This document shows, piece after piece, positions 8,124 to 15,193 of a stretch of 64,000 nucleotides of DNA. The stretch comes from an uncultured delta proteobacterium (lineage in GTDB: Bacteria; Desulfobacterota; Binatia; HRBIN30): contig CAVSQF010000039.1 of NCBI GenBank assembly GCA_963729835.1, positions 295,486-359,485 of the forward strand. The letters run 5' to 3'. How positions within the stretch are numbered: the stretch's first letter is position 1; every line of letters begins with the position of its first letter. Below the pieces are notes generated by a model, which searched no databases, was not told the DNA's origin, and saw only the letters and a list, made by a program, of their open reading frames with translations. A program made the translations under genes and the position numbers.

Positions 8124-11100
8124 TTAGCTTCGGTGAAGGACTGGCCGTGGCGCTAGGCGACGGCGCAGTCGGTGCAACACGGCGGCCGCGACAAGGAGCC
8201 AGGCCGCACTTGGTTCCGACGACCCCGGCGTGAGCCTGCAGCCTCCCCCTCCACCACTTTTTGGAGGGACCGGCATTGGCGTCTGCGTCGGGGCCAGGAG
8301 CGTCGGCGTAGCGGCTAGTTGCACAACAATATGGCCAGGAGAAAGTGGGCTTACCTTCAGTGTTGTCGGCTGCTGATTCTCGGGTTGCCCCACGACCTGG
8401 ACATTGTCGGGATTGAGCGCGATGTCACCCGCCGCCATCGGGGCGATACCCAAGTCGAGCGCTAAGACCGAACCACTGCCAGCCGGGATAGTCTGGGTAC
8501 CTAGTAGACTGATGAGCCCAACATTCATGGTTCCATTCGTTTGTTGCTGGAATTGGGGCGACAGTGTTGCAGCGCGTCCGATGGCCTGGGCATTCTTCAA
8601 CGTCAGAGCGCTAGGTACAGACGGAGACAAGGCCACTTGGATGCCGAGCACGTCTGCTTGATTGTCGAGCCCCACTTCCACGATAACATCCGTTCCCGAG
8701 CGAGCCTGGGTGCTGGGGAATGTCACGGTAGCAGTGGCGGTACCGGGAACGACGGCGGTGCAGTCTTGTGGGCACGCCGGGAGGCTCCAGAGGATCACGT
8801 CGGCGATCGCCAGGCAGTCAACAAACGACACCGGGGCATCCCCACAGGTCATGTGGGACACGGTACACTGCCACGACGGCGGGTTATTGCGCCCGATGCT
8901 GCAATCGATGCAAGTGGAAAGGTCAACGGCGTTCGTCGCGCCATCCCCATTGGCGTCGCCTCTGCATGCGCAATGCAACCAACCGTCCTGCGTTGTCACA
9001 GTAAGTGCCGTTCCAACCTGGGGAACAATGGTCGTCGTGGTCGGGTCCAGTTGCAGCTTCGTTTCGTGGCCGGGGCTACATTCGGGTGGCGCATCGTCAA
9101 CGTACAGCGTTGCGATCTGGCCCTTTCCTGGAGCGATGCCGCCGGAGCCCATCAACACCACACCAATCTTGCCCCCGAACGAGCTGGCGTTGCACGTGAG
9201 CCTGGTCACGCGCGAGGAAGGCGAGGTGTCGACAGCACAGGGCTGTTCGGTGCTCAGGCTGATTTCGTTTGGCACGTTCGTCAGGGTAAAACTCATGGTG
9301 CTGACGATGACGTCGTTAGTCAGCAAGATTGGAATTGCAGCCCGCTCACCAGCCGGGAAGAGAACGGCATCGCCAATGCCCAGTACTGCAGATCTCGGCA
9401 TCAGCGTCCAGGTCGGCGTGGGCGTGGGCGTGCTGGTGGGTAGCCGCGTTTGAGTCGGCGTGGCAGTGAAGGGCGGCGTCCATGTGTGTATCGCTGTCGT
9501 TGTTGGTTTGGGGGTCGGACCGCCGATCACAACTGCCCCGCTCTCGCCAACGACCCCGGAGATAGCGCCACCATTCGGATCGCTCATCCCAAGGCCGCTG
9601 ATGGCCACAACCGACGTGCCGCTGGCAGTTGCCGCGATGTTGACGTTGCAGGTGTAGAGCACCGACCCATCAACGATCGCGTCCGTGTTGTCGAGTGCCA
9701 GGACGAGCGCCTTCACGGCATTGCAGGCGCTGCCGCTGCAGCCCGGCGGCTGCAGCGCGAAACTGGTCCCACCCTTGTCGATGGCCGGGTTGACGGTGCA
9801 GTCGGGTTTGCCCTTCGCATTGAGATTCAGCGTAACGTTGGTATTGTCAAACGTGAGGGTGTTTGCTGTGCCGGCCACTTGAGCGCCGCCGGAGAACAAG
9901 GTCACGCCCAGCGGCGCCACCTGCTGCCCCGGACTGGCGTTGACGATATCGACAATGAGCGCGGGTCCTGGAGGCGTCGGGCGCGGCGTCGGCTGCCCTG
10001 TGGTCGGTGTCGCTGTGGCTTCCGCCGTCGTCGGGGTCGGACCGCCGATCACAACTGCCCCGTTCTCGCCAACTACACCGGAGATGGCGCCACCATTCGG
10101 GTCGCTCATCCCAAGGCCGCTGACGGTCACGGTCGACGTGCCGCTGGCAGTCGCCGCGATGTTGACGTTGCAGGTGTAGAGCACCGACCCATCAACGATC
10201 GCGTCCGTGTTGTCGAGTGCCAGGACCAGCGCCTTCACGGCATTGCAGGCGCTGCCGCTGCAGCCCGGCGGCTGCAGCGCGAAACTGGTCCCACCCTTGT
10301 CGATGGCCGGGTTGACGGTGCAGTCGGGTTTGCCCTTCGCATTGAGATTCAGCGTAACGTTGGTATTGTCAAACGTGAGGGTGTTTGCTGTGCCGGCCAC
10401 TTGAGCGCCGCCGGAGAACAAGGTCACGCCCAGCGGCGCCACCTGCTGCCCCGGACTGGCGTTGACGATATCGACAATGAGCGCCGGCCCTGACGGCGTC
10501 CGGCGCGGCGTAGCCGTGGGCGGCATTGGGCTGATCACAACTGCCCCGCTCTCGCCAACGACCCCGGAGATAGCGCCACCATTCGGATCGCTCATCCCAA
10601 GGCCGCTGATGGCCACAACCGACGTGCCGCTAGCCGTTGCCGCCACATTGACGTTGCAGGTGTAGAGGACCGACCCGTCCGGAATCGCGTCCGTGTTGTC
10701 GAGTGCCAGGACCAGCGCCTTCACGGCATTGCAGGCGCTGCCGCTGCAACCCGGCGGCTGCAGCGCGAAACTGGTCCCGCCCTTGTCGATGGCCGGGTTG
10801 ACGGTGCAGTCGGGTTTGCCCTTCGCATTGAGATTCAGCGTGACCTTGGTATTGTCAAAGGTAAGGGTGTTCTGTGTGCCGGCGACTTGCGCACCGTTCG
10901 AACTCAGCGTGACGCTGATCTGCACCTGAGAGCCCGGAGCCGCACTCGCCACATTGCTGACTGTCAGTGACTGCGCCTGCGCCACCGCCACACCGAAGCT
11001 GAGCGCTCCCGCGATGACCACAGCGGTGACCAAAGGGGCGATCGCCGCTCTACGACTTGCTCGACTCCGGAAACAGATCCCGAATCGGAATACCAAACGC

Positions 11101-11297
11101 CTTCGCGGTGTCCGCGATGACCCGCAGTGTCGGATTGCGCTCGCCACGTTCGATCCCTCCAACGTAAGTCCAATGGCGGTCCATGCGCTCGGCAAGCTGT
11201 TCCTGACTCCAGCCCCGAGCCTTGCGCAGGGACCGCACGCGTTCTCCGAACGTCTTCTGGACCGGTCGCACGGTCCAGAGGACTCCCCCAGACGCAC
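8124..11297 (-). CDS. Large secreted scaffoldin-like protein: about five cohesin-like domains, one dockerin-like loop, GlyGly-Cys/TM/Arg C-terminal sorting signal
   Basis: Signal peptide ending AVAQA (true start probably near 11040-11100). Three near-identical ~145-aa beta-rich repeats (VTLSSNGAQVAGTQNTLTFD...GSVLYTCNVNV) and two more divergent cohesin-like domains, PT linkers, CRGDANGDGATNAVDL, and C-terminal SGGGGGCRL...AAWLLVAAAVLHRLRRR. Confidence 0.8.
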   Translation of the reverse strand: MRLGESSGPCDRSRRRSENACGPCARLGAGVRNSLPSAWTAIGLTLEGSNVASAIRHCGSSRTPRRRLVFRFGICFRSRASRRAAIAPLVTAVVIAGALSFGVAVAQAQSLTVSNVASAAPGSQVQISVTLSSNGAQVAGTQNTLTFDNTKVTLNLNAKGKPDCTVNPAIDKGGTSFALQPPGCSGSACNAVKALVLALDNTDAIPDGSVLYTCNVNVAATASGTSVVAISGLGMSDPNGGAISGVVGESGAVVISPMPPTATPRRTPSGPALIVDIVNASPGQQVAPLGVTLFSGGAQVAGTANTLTFDNTNVTLNLNAKGKPDCTVNPAIDKGGTSFALQPPGCSGSACNAVKALVLALDNTDAIVDGSVLYTCNVNIAATASGTSTVTVSGLGMSDPNGGAISGVVGENGAVVIGGPTPTTAEATATPTTGQPTPRPTPPGPALIVDIVNASPGQQVAPLGVTLFSGGAQVAGTANTLTFDNTNVTLNLNAKGKPDCTVNPAIDKGGTSFALQPPGCSGSACNAVKALVLALDNTDAIVDGSVLYTCNVNIAATASGTSVVAISGLGMSDPNGGAISGVVGESGAVVIGGPTPKPTTTAIHTWTPPFTATPTQTRLPTSTPTPTPTWTLMPRSAVLGIGDAVLFPAGERAAIPILLTNDVIVSTMSFTLTNVPNEISLSTEQPCAVDTSPSSRVTRLTCNASSFGGKIGVVLMGSGGIAPGKGQIATLYVDDAPPECSPGHETKLQLDPTTTTIVPQVGTALTVTTQDGWLHCACRGDANGDGATNAVDLSTCIDCSIGRNNPPSWQCTVSHMTCGDAPVSFVDCLAIADVILWSLPACPQDCTAVVPGTATATVTFPSTQARSGTDVIVEVGLDNQADVLGIQVALSPSVPSALTLKNAQAIGRAATLSPQFQQQTNGTMNVGLISLLGTQTIPAGSGSVLALDLGIAPMAAGDIALNPDNVQVVGQPENQQPTTLKVSPLSPGHIVVQLAATPTLLAPTQTPMPVPPKSGGGGGCRLTPGSSEPSAAWLLVAAAVLHRLRRRLAPRPVLHRS
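9513..10920. repeat. Three near-identical intragenic DNA repeats encoding the cohesin-like domains
   Basis: GATCACAACTGCCCC recurs at about 9525, 10047 and 10533 (spacings 522 and 486 bp) with long identical stretches between copies. Confidence 0.9.
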
Positions 11298-11301
11298 CCA
11301 C
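11050..11301 (-). CDS. XRE HTH regulator resembling restriction-modification controller (C) proteins
   Basis: FGERVRSLRKARGWSQEQLAERMDRHWTYVGGIERGERNPTLRVIADTAKAFGIPIRDLF; start probably the GTG near 11271. Confidence 0.85.
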   Translation of the reverse strand: MGASGGVLWTVRPVQKTFGERVRSLRKARGWSQEQLAERMDRHWTYVGGIERGERNPTLRVIADTAKAFGIPIRDLFPESSKS

Positions 11302-11303
11302 TC

Positions 11304-11322
11304 CGTCTAGAGACTATGAGTA
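11304..11322 (-). promoter_or_regulatory. C-box-like operator upstream of the C-like regulator
   Basis: Minus strand TACT-CAT-AGTC-TCTA-GACG resembles the C-box arrangement GACT-N3-AGTC-N4-GACT; second half degenerate. Confidence 0.55.
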
Positions 11323-11685
11323 TTACTTCACCGGCCGGCCAAAGTGCAAACCGCCGGCACTGCTGCCCCATATCACAACCACCGGGAGGTTGAACACCCG
11401 CTATTTCAAGCGCAAGCACGTGAGCACCGGATTCAGTCCGTTCGCGCATCCTGGGGCATTCTCGCCGCCATGGCACACAACGCGTTTCTCCTCTCACCCG
11501 TTCCCTGCGATTGGATCGGCACCCGGCCCGAGTCGGCGCCGACGACGCCATGCGGCGACCCGACGCTCGACGGGCACGTCCCCCCCCAGCGGGTCGGGCG
11601 CTGCACTGTGCCCGTGACTGTGCCCACGACAGTCCAGACAGTGCACCTGAGCGCATTTTGTGCGTCATGCTCGGAGCGGAGGCGC

Positions 11686-11711
11686 GGTGTCAGTAGTGGT
11701 GTCAGTTGGCG
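11686..11711 (+). promoter_or_regulatory. Putative integrase arm-type binding sites (right arm)
   Basis: Exact 26-bp copy of 2902-2927, about 115 bp inside attR. Confidence 0.75.
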
Positions 11712-11824
11712 ATCGAAAATGACCGCAATTGGTCGAAAGAGGTCGAAGGATCGCACCGCGATATATCCAGCAAACACGCGGAAACCCGCGTCAGTCCTGC
11801 TTTTCCTCATCATCCTTGGGCGGT

Positions 11825-11870
11825 CTTTTAAGCAGAGGGTCGCTGGTTCGAATCCAGCACGGCTCACTTT
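11825..11870 (+). repeat. attR of element 1 / attL of element 2 (tRNA-Lys 3' fragment)
   Basis: 46-bp exact copy of 2792-2837; lacks the tRNA 5' half. Confidence 0.95.
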
Positions 11871-11886
11871 CCTTTTCGCGTACTTA

Positions 11887-12793
11887 GAGCCTATCCCAAA
11901 ACATCAAGCTGTGATATATAATGCCGACCGGTTTGTCTCCGGTGAGGAGGGTGTGGGGTGGAGAAGACAGGGGGAGTGGTCGAGAGGTTTCGGCTCCCGG
12001 AGCAGATGTGGCTAGTGTTGGAGGGGCTACTGCCCAAAGGCCGGCGGCGCAATCGGCGCAAGGGGGGACGGCCGCCGCTGGATCGGCGGCGCGTGGCGGA
12101 CGCCATCTATTATGTGCTGCGCACGGGCATCCAGTGGAAGGCGTTGCCGCGGGAGTTGGGGGCCGGCAGCAGCGTGCATCGCTACTTCCAGCAGTGGCAG
12201 CGGGCGGGCGTGTTCGAGCGCCTGTGGGCGAGCGGGTTGGTGGAGTACGACGCGCGCAAACACCTGCAGTGGACCTGGCAGAGCATGGATGGCGCGATGG
12301 TGAAGGCCCCCCTCGGTGGGGGAAAAAACCGGCCCCAATCCCACGGACCGCGCCAAAGGCGGCACCAAACGCTCGGTGCTCGTCGATGGCGCCGGGGTGC
12401 CCATCGGCCTGGTGATTGATGGGGCCAACGTCCACGACAAGTGGCTGCTGGCACCGACCTTGGCCAGCATCCCGATCGACCGGCCGGCCCCGTGCCCGGG
12501 CGCGCCCCAACACCTGTGTCTCGACAAGGGATACGACTACCGGGACATCCGTGAATTGGTAGCGCTCAACCACTACATCGCTCACATCAAGGCGCGGGGT
12601 GAAGAGGTCGTGCTCAAGAAGACACGGGGCTTCAAGGCCCGGCGGTGGGTGGTGGAACGTACGCATTCTTGGTTCAACCGATTTCGCCGGATCCTGATTC
12701 GATGGGAAAAGAAGCCCCAGAACTATCTCGCAATGTTACACCTCGCCTGTGCCTACCTGGCGTATCGGGTAGCGGGGGTTTTGGGATAGGCTC
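11887..12793 (+). mobile_element. IS5 family insertion sequence (IS427/IS1031-like), 907 bp
   Basis: Perfect 16-bp terminal IRs GAGCCTATCCCAAAAC (11887-11902) and GTTTTGGGATAGGCTC (12778-12793); flanking TA duplication (11885-11886, 12794-12795). Confidence 0.92.
11958..12789 (+). CDS. IS5 family transposase, two ORFs joined by a probable programmed -1 frameshift
   Basis: OrfA IYYVLRTGIQWKALP...SVHRYFQQW...SMDG; OrfB GTKRSVLVDG...LCLDKGYD...RWVVERTHSWFNRFRR; slippery GGGGGAAAAAAC at about 12318-12329. Confidence 0.9.
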
Positions 12794-12795
12794 TA

Positions 12796-12989
12796 AGCCG
12801 TGACGTTGCGCGCGACGGGGCCGATTTGACAGCCAAATTGACAGCCACCGGGTTAGAAACGCGCATGGGCTCAAGGGCAGCAAGCTTCGCAACGTTCTGC
12901 GGCACCAGATCCCATTTCACCGCACGGTTGAGGGCGCGACTCAACACAGCGCGCAGGTACTGCACGGACGGCGGCGGAACGCTTTGCAT
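12796..12989 (-). pseudogene. Internally deleted tyrosine integrase remnant of element 2
   Basis: VQYLRAVLSRALNRAVKWDLVPQNVAK (core-binding domain) joined directly to C-terminal NPVAVNLAVK; catalytic domain missing; tandem TTGACAGCCA repeats at about 12826-12847 look like arm sites. Confidence 0.7.
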
Positions 12990-13124
12990 TTGATGAAGGT
13001 CTGCACGTGCTGCGGCGCCAGCTTCGCCAGCAGAATCTTGCCAAGTGCCGGGCCTGGGCTTTGCGTCTGGAAGCCGACCGCCGGATCGGATCTGGTCCCT
13101 TGGGCTGCCATGGATGGAATATGT

Positions 13125-14849
13125 TCAGGAAAGGTGACAAATTAAATACAGGACGGGCGATCTCCGGCAGTTACTACGCGTGCTCACTTTATCGCCCGTA
13201 GGCATGTGGGTGGTCACCGAGACTGGATTCAGAGGAACCTGCAGCCCGGTGTCAGCGCTTGCCATTCTGATGCGCCGTACAAAGAAGTTGTAGCGCAGCG
13301 GACCCCTTAGGACGAACAGTGCAAAGGTATTGCCACTGCTGCACCTAATCGCACCTAGCACCGAGCGGCAACCGCTCAGCGGCATGCTCACGCCAAAAGA
13401 GCTGGGGTCGTGTACCTCGACAACGACACTGTCCGCAAGCAACGCACTGGTCAGATCGGCCCCGATGTCCTCGCGCACTTGAAAACGCAGCCACGCCATA
13501 CCGATGTGCGTGCGCGACGTTAAATTGCTGCGCAGGATTGCCCACGTCAATCGGAGCGGGGGGATCGTTGCCGTCGGGGTCGCGGTTAGCGTGTTCGTTG
13601 GCGTTGCCGTCGGGGTCTTCGTCGGCGTCGGCGTCGGCGTGTCGGTCGGCGTCTTCGTGTTGGTTGGCGTCTCGGTCGGGGTCGCAGTCGGGGTGTCGGT
13701 GGGCGTTTCTGTTGGCGTGGCCGTCGGCGTGCTGGTCGGTGTTTGAGTCGGCGTTGCCGTCGGGGTCGCGGTTAGCGTGTTCGTTGGCGTTGCCGTCGGG
13801 GTCTTCGTCGGCGTCGGCGTCGGCGTGTCGGTCGGCGTCTTCGTGTTGGTTGGCGTCTCGGTCGGGGTCGCAGTCGGGGTGTCGGTGGGCGTTTTTGTCG
13901 GCGTGGCCGTCGGCGTGCTGGTCGGTGTTTGAGTCGGCGTTGCCGTCGGGGTACTCGTCGGCGTTCGCGTTCCGGTTGGTGAGCTGGTAGGCGTCGCCGT
14001 CGGCGTGTTGGTTGGGGTTGCCGTCGAAGTGCTCGTCGGCGTGGGCGTCGCCGTCGGCGTGCTGGTGGGCGTCGCCGTCGGCGTGTTGGTTGGGGTTGCC
14101 GTCGGCGTTTGGGTGGGAGTCAGCGTGGGAGCGGGCAGGAACAGTTTGGTGCTTCCCTGCGCACCCGCGGTGGCACAGGTGCCGCTGGCAGAACACGCCT
14201 CAAGATCGTCGGGCCCGGTTGCCCCACGGGTAAAGAAGGCGCCGTTACCGGAAACTGGTTGAGTCGCGGTGGAGTTTATTGTTGCCAAGTCCTGACTGCC
14301 CCCAGCCGGAATCGACACGCCCCCGGGGCACATGGCGATCAGCACCGTATTGCCGGTAACGTCGGCGGGATCCAACGCGCACGAACACACGCCTGCTGCC
14401 AAATTGGAGCAGCCCGTAAACGTCAAAATTCCGACCAACGGCTGGGCGCAGGCGCTGTCGGTGCACACCAGTTTGACGCGCACCCCGGTGCCCTGGGAAC
14501 CCGTCGGCGCGCACACCGTATTGGGGCTGACGGTGCAGTCGCTCCCCTGACTACAGGTCTGTGCCGAGCAACTGACGGCCGCCGTCGACGTGCAACACGT
14601 GCCTTTGCTGGTCAGCGTCACCGCAACCGGAGCGGTGCCATCAGAGCCCGTATTGGCTGATGTGTTTTTGATGCGGATGATCTCTTGCACCGAGCTCCCG
14701 GGGCTCAGTATGGAGCTATTAAGGAACACCGATATTGATCCGCTGGCTTGAACGGCATCCGCTCGGCGGCCCAGCAATCCGAGGCCGATCACAAGCGCGA
14801 TCCGCATACTCCATCGGACCATAAAAGACACGCGCGTCTGTCTATCCAT
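13125..14849 (-). CDS. Secreted protein with Cys-rich N-terminal domain, long Pro/Thr linker and C-terminal beta domain
   Basis: Signal-like [18 protein letters not shown]; about 190-aa TPTATPT linker. Confidence 0.8.
   Translation of the reverse strand: MDRQTRVSFMVRWSMRIALVIGLGLLGRRADAVQASGSISVFLNSSILSPGSSVQEIIRIKNTSANTGSDGTAPVAVTLTSKGTCCTSTAAVSCSAQTCSQGSDCTVSPNTVCAPTGSQGTGVRVKLVCTDSACAQPLVGILTFTGCSNLAAGVCSCALDPADVTGNTVLIAMCPGGVSIPAGGSQDLATINSTATQPVSGNGAFFTRGATGPDDLEACSASGTCATAGAQGSTKLFLPAPTLTPTQTPTATPTNTPTATPTSTPTATPTPTSTSTATPTNTPTATPTSSPTGTRTPTSTPTATPTQTPTSTPTATPTKTPTDTPTATPTETPTNTKTPTDTPTPTPTKTPTATPTNTLTATPTATPTQTPTSTPTATPTETPTDTPTATPTETPTNTKTPTDTPTPTPTKTPTATPTNTLTATPTATIPPLRLTWAILRSNLTSRTHIGMAWLRFQVREDIGADLTSALLADSVVVEVHDPSSFGVSMPLSGCRSVLGAIRCSSGNTFALFVLRGPLRYNFFVRRIRMASADTGLQVPLNPVSVTTHMPTGDKVSTRSNCRRSPVLYLICHLS
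13566..13951. repeat. 186-bp tandem duplication in the PT linker
   Basis: 62-aa unit [15 protein letters not shown]...TNTLTA repeated twice, nearly identical in DNA. Confidence 0.85.
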
Positions 14850-15077
14850 TAAAATGCCCCCCCAGAAGCCTGCGGAAGTCAGTTCTTGGCCAGTTCCGCA
14901 ATGCCACTTCCCCCGCGTGCATACCTGGACAGGAAGTATCGCACGCTGCAAGGACTGAGTCCAGACGCCGAGGTAACGGACACAGGGGCCGATTCTGAGG
15001 CACGTGCCAGCACGGTGGGCATTGAATTTCAGACGATATATCACGCCACGATGCAGTGCAGACGGCGCCCGACTGAT

Positions 15078-15123
15078 CTTTTAGGCAGAGGGTCGCTGGT
15101 TCGAATCCAGCACGGCTCACTTT
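15078..15123 (+). repeat. attR of element 2 (third tRNA-Lys 3' fragment)
   Basis: 46-bp copy with one mismatch (TTTTAGG vs TTTTAAG). Confidence 0.92.
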
Positions 15124-15193
15124 GTTTCGCTCAGTGGGTCAAACAACTTCGGGGTGAATGGGCTGTCTGGCACAGCGGCCGTTGCCTGCAGTG

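Larger units (their letters stand above)
2792..11870. mobile_element. tRNA-Lys-integrated element 1 (PICI/IME-like), about 9.0 kb
   Basis: Flanked by an identical 46-bp direct repeat of the tRNA 3' half; carries integrase, XRE, Xis/AlpA and a PriCT replication protein; no capsid or conjugation genes recognised. Confidence 0.9.
11825..15123. mobile_element. Degenerate tRNA-Lys-integrated element 2
   Basis: Bounded by the second and third tRNA fragments; contains an IS5, an integrase remnant and a secreted cargo gene. Confidence 0.75.

Noticed and set aside
9513-10920. Diversity-generating retroelement template/variable repeat pair
   Set aside because: No reverse transcriptase in the window, and differences between copies do not appear restricted to adenines
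11606-11646. Short CTGTGCCC/GACAGT repeats near attR as an origin or packaging site
   Set aside because: Too short and degenerate to support a call without comparative data
11433-11867. ORFs starting [14 protein letters not shown] (also 14842-15120)
   Set aside because: Antisense translation of the tRNA fragment; no independent evidence of coding
11825-11870. Possible extra tRNA genes here and at 15078-15123
   Set aside because: Only the 3' half is present, with no D arm or 5' acceptor strand; these are att duplications
2792-11870. Complete prophage
   Set aside because: Only 9 kb, with no capsid, terminase, tail or lysis genes recognised
13345-14196. His/Ala/Asp-rich ORF (HADGDAH repeats), also 27062-27649
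   Set aside because: Alternative frame of the TPT linker
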